Assembly (NCBI RefSeq): GCF_006345805.1
Contig: NC_043019.1
Span: forward strand, 21,327,360 to 21,391,359
DNA length: 64,000 nucleotides
Origin: Octopus sinensis
Lineage: Eukaryota
Direction of reading: 5' to 3'
The notes under the pieces are model-generated. The model saw nothing but the letters and a program-made list of their open reading frames with translations, had not been told where the DNA came from and did no database searches. The position numbers and the translations under genes were made by a program. This document shows positions 61,871 through 64,000 of this stretch, one piece after another. Positions within the stretch are counted from its first letter, which is position 1; each line of letters opens with the position of its first letter.

Positions 61871-62267
61871 ATATATATATAATATACATACATACATACA
61901 TATATATATATATATATGTATATATATACATATATACATATATATATATACATACATACATACATATATATATATATATATGTATATATATACATATATA
62001 ATATATATATATACATACATACATAATATATATATATATGTATATATATACATATATACATATATATATATACATACATACATACATATATATATATATA
62101 TGTATATATATACATATACATATATATATATATATATATACATATATATACATATACATATATATACATATATATACATATGTAATATACGTATATATAT
62201 ATATATATACACACACACATATATATATACACATATATATATATACACACACACACACACAACACAT

Positions 62268-62324
<57 letters not shown>

Positions 62325-62325
62325 G
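61764..62325. repeat. ~560-bp compound (TA)/(TACA)/(CA) microsatellite; similar tracts at ~11200-11700, 15540-15900, 22260-22480, 45640-45840, 51530-51760; (AG)n at 54530-54584 and 61381-61441
   Basis: Seen directly; source of the IYIY/VCVC ORFs. Confidence 0.95.
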
Positions 62326-62735
62326 AAATAAAGGAGTTCAAATCTATGCATAAAAATACACCCATAATTTTTTCTTTCTCTCTCTTTATTCTTATTTTTG
62401 ACTACTCTTTCATCATCACATTTTATTCTTTTCATTCGCAATACAGAAAATATATATCACAAAACATTTATTGTATAAATATATAAATGAAAACTTACAC
62501 AAAACATGTTTTAGAAAAGAGGGAAAAATGTGAGTGAAGAAATCTTGCAGAATAATATATTATAATTCAAAGCATTTTTTTGTTGTTGTTGTTATATAAA
62601 AGATTTGAAAAAAGCTGTGCTTATAGGTAGATTTCTATTGAAATTTTAAAATCTTGTGAACCATTTCCATAAAAGTATAAAATATCTGTCTGTCTGTGCA
62701 GAGAGAGAAAGACATAGAAAACTACACACACATAT

Positions 62736-63128
62736 AGAAATGTGGCTGTGTGATAAGTAGCTTGCTAACCAACCACATGGTTCCGGGTTCAGTCCCACTG
62801 CGTGGCATCTTGGGCAAGTGTCTTCTGCTATAGCCCCGGGCCGACCAATGCCTTGTGAGTGGATTTGGTAGACGGAAACTGAAAGAAGCCTGTCGTATAT
62901 ATGTATATATATATATTGTGTGTGTATCTGTGTTTGTCCCGCTAGCATTGCTTGACAACCGATGCTGGTGTGTTTACGTCCCCGTTACTTAGCGGTTCGG
63001 CAAAACAGACCGATAGAATAAGTACTGGGCTTACAAAGAATAAGTCCCAGGGTCGATTTGTTTGACTAAAGGCGGTGCTCCAGCATGGCCACAGTCAAAT
63101 GACTGAAACAAGTAAAAGAGTAAAAGAG
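62736..63128 (+). mobile_element. Young family A SINE
   Basis: TGTGGCTGTGTGATAAGTAG...CTTGGGCAAGTGTCTTCT...GACTGAAACAAGTAAAAGAGTAAAAGAG. Confidence 0.9.
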
Positions 63129-63779
63129 TATATATATATCGTCAGTTTTAACATCTACTTTTCCATGCTTGCAAAGGTCGAAAGGGATTTGTTAAGGTAG
63201 ACGGCTGGATGCCATTCCTGTTGCTAACCCTTGCCTGTTTCAATGCAAGCCCGATGGCTACATATGTATTCACCAGAGGTTGGAAATGGAGATACTGCTT
63301 GAATGAAAGTGACACTTATTTACAACTACAGCATGATACCAAGATAAGGCAATACAAACACATTTACATTCATGACAGAGTTCTTTCAGTTTCCATCTAC
63401 TAAATCCACTTATAAGACCTTGGTTCATCTGAGGCAAATGTGGAAGACCCTTGTCCAGGGTGCCATGCAGCGGTCAAATGTATGTGCTGTACATGACCTC
63501 ACCCTCTCCATTGCATGAACAGGTGTACAGTGTACCACACATCAGGTGTTGAAGTGTAGAGGTAGCTAGTTGTTAGACAAATGACATATTTACAAAACAG
63601 TCACTATGCCAATTTGTACAAGACAGCAGGAAACAGTTGTTCAAATTAACTTTTCCCCAAGAATTCCTATATCCTGTAGATCAGTAACCTCCAAACTTTT
63701 CCACACCATGGTACACTTAATACAGAACTAAAAGTATTGTTGCATGACATCAGATTTTTGAAGAAGTTCTCTGTCTGTC

Positions 63780-63822
<43 letters not shown>

Positions 63823-64000
63823 ATAATTAGGGAATAAATCCAAAGTTACAGGGAAAAATTAGATTTAGGATTAAATCCAATTTTATAGTATAAATTTATA
63901 AGTTTAAATTATTTGAATAATTTTTTAATTTTTAACTTTTATATTTTTAAATTAATTTTATGTATTGGCTTATGTTTTTCACTGTTTGATTTGCCTAATA

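Noticed and set aside
11116-62441. Many long ORFs rich in [12 protein letters not shown] (e.g. 61727-62365, 45257-45832, 15542-16030)
   Set aside because: Translations of (TA)n/(CA)n/(TACA)n microsatellites, which lack stops in some frames.
1780-62958. Recurrent ORFs such as LRSEFKFRRGRLCLSSFRGR and EDTCPRCHAVGLNPEPCGW
   Set aside because: Translations of SINE families A and B, not a protein family.
1675-63128. tRNA-like heads (A/B boxes)
   Set aside because: They are SINE 5' ends continuing into SINE bodies; no complete cloverleaf, so no tRNA gene is called.

Overview
AT-rich, microsatellite- and SINE-laden animal genomic DNA, most likely from an octopus/coleoid cephalopod (inferred from repeat content, not from a database search). 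It holds one protein-coding gene on the minus strand: nine internal coding exons (59982-60074, 54323-54397, 49125-49233, 39585-39748, 38319-38402, 36520-36744, 35500-35616, 32717-32861, 7558-7727). All have GT-AG boundaries and mutually compatible phases, total 1182 nt = 394 codons with no stop, and encode the PDZ9-PDZ12 region of a multiple-PDZ-domain scaffold (MPDZ/MUPP1-like). The gene starts and ends outside the window. The introns contain tRNA-derived SINE families, four non-autonomous Helitrons, pogo, Tc1 and piggyBac-type relics or MITEs, LINE fragments and many microsatellites. Almost all ORFs in the supplied track are artefacts of repeats. The most unusual observations are: (i) a hammerhead-ribozyme motif inside a ~350-bp direct-repeat unit, plus variant hammerhead-like motifs, pointing to Penelope-like/retrozyme elements; (ii) two related hairpin-plus-tail insertions with 10-12-bp target-site duplications; (iii) a recurring fold-back (inverted-duplication) end on insertions from several unrelated families; (iv) a candidate internal promoter and candidate cassette exons. 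None is proven, and I see no evidence for a new protein-coding system.
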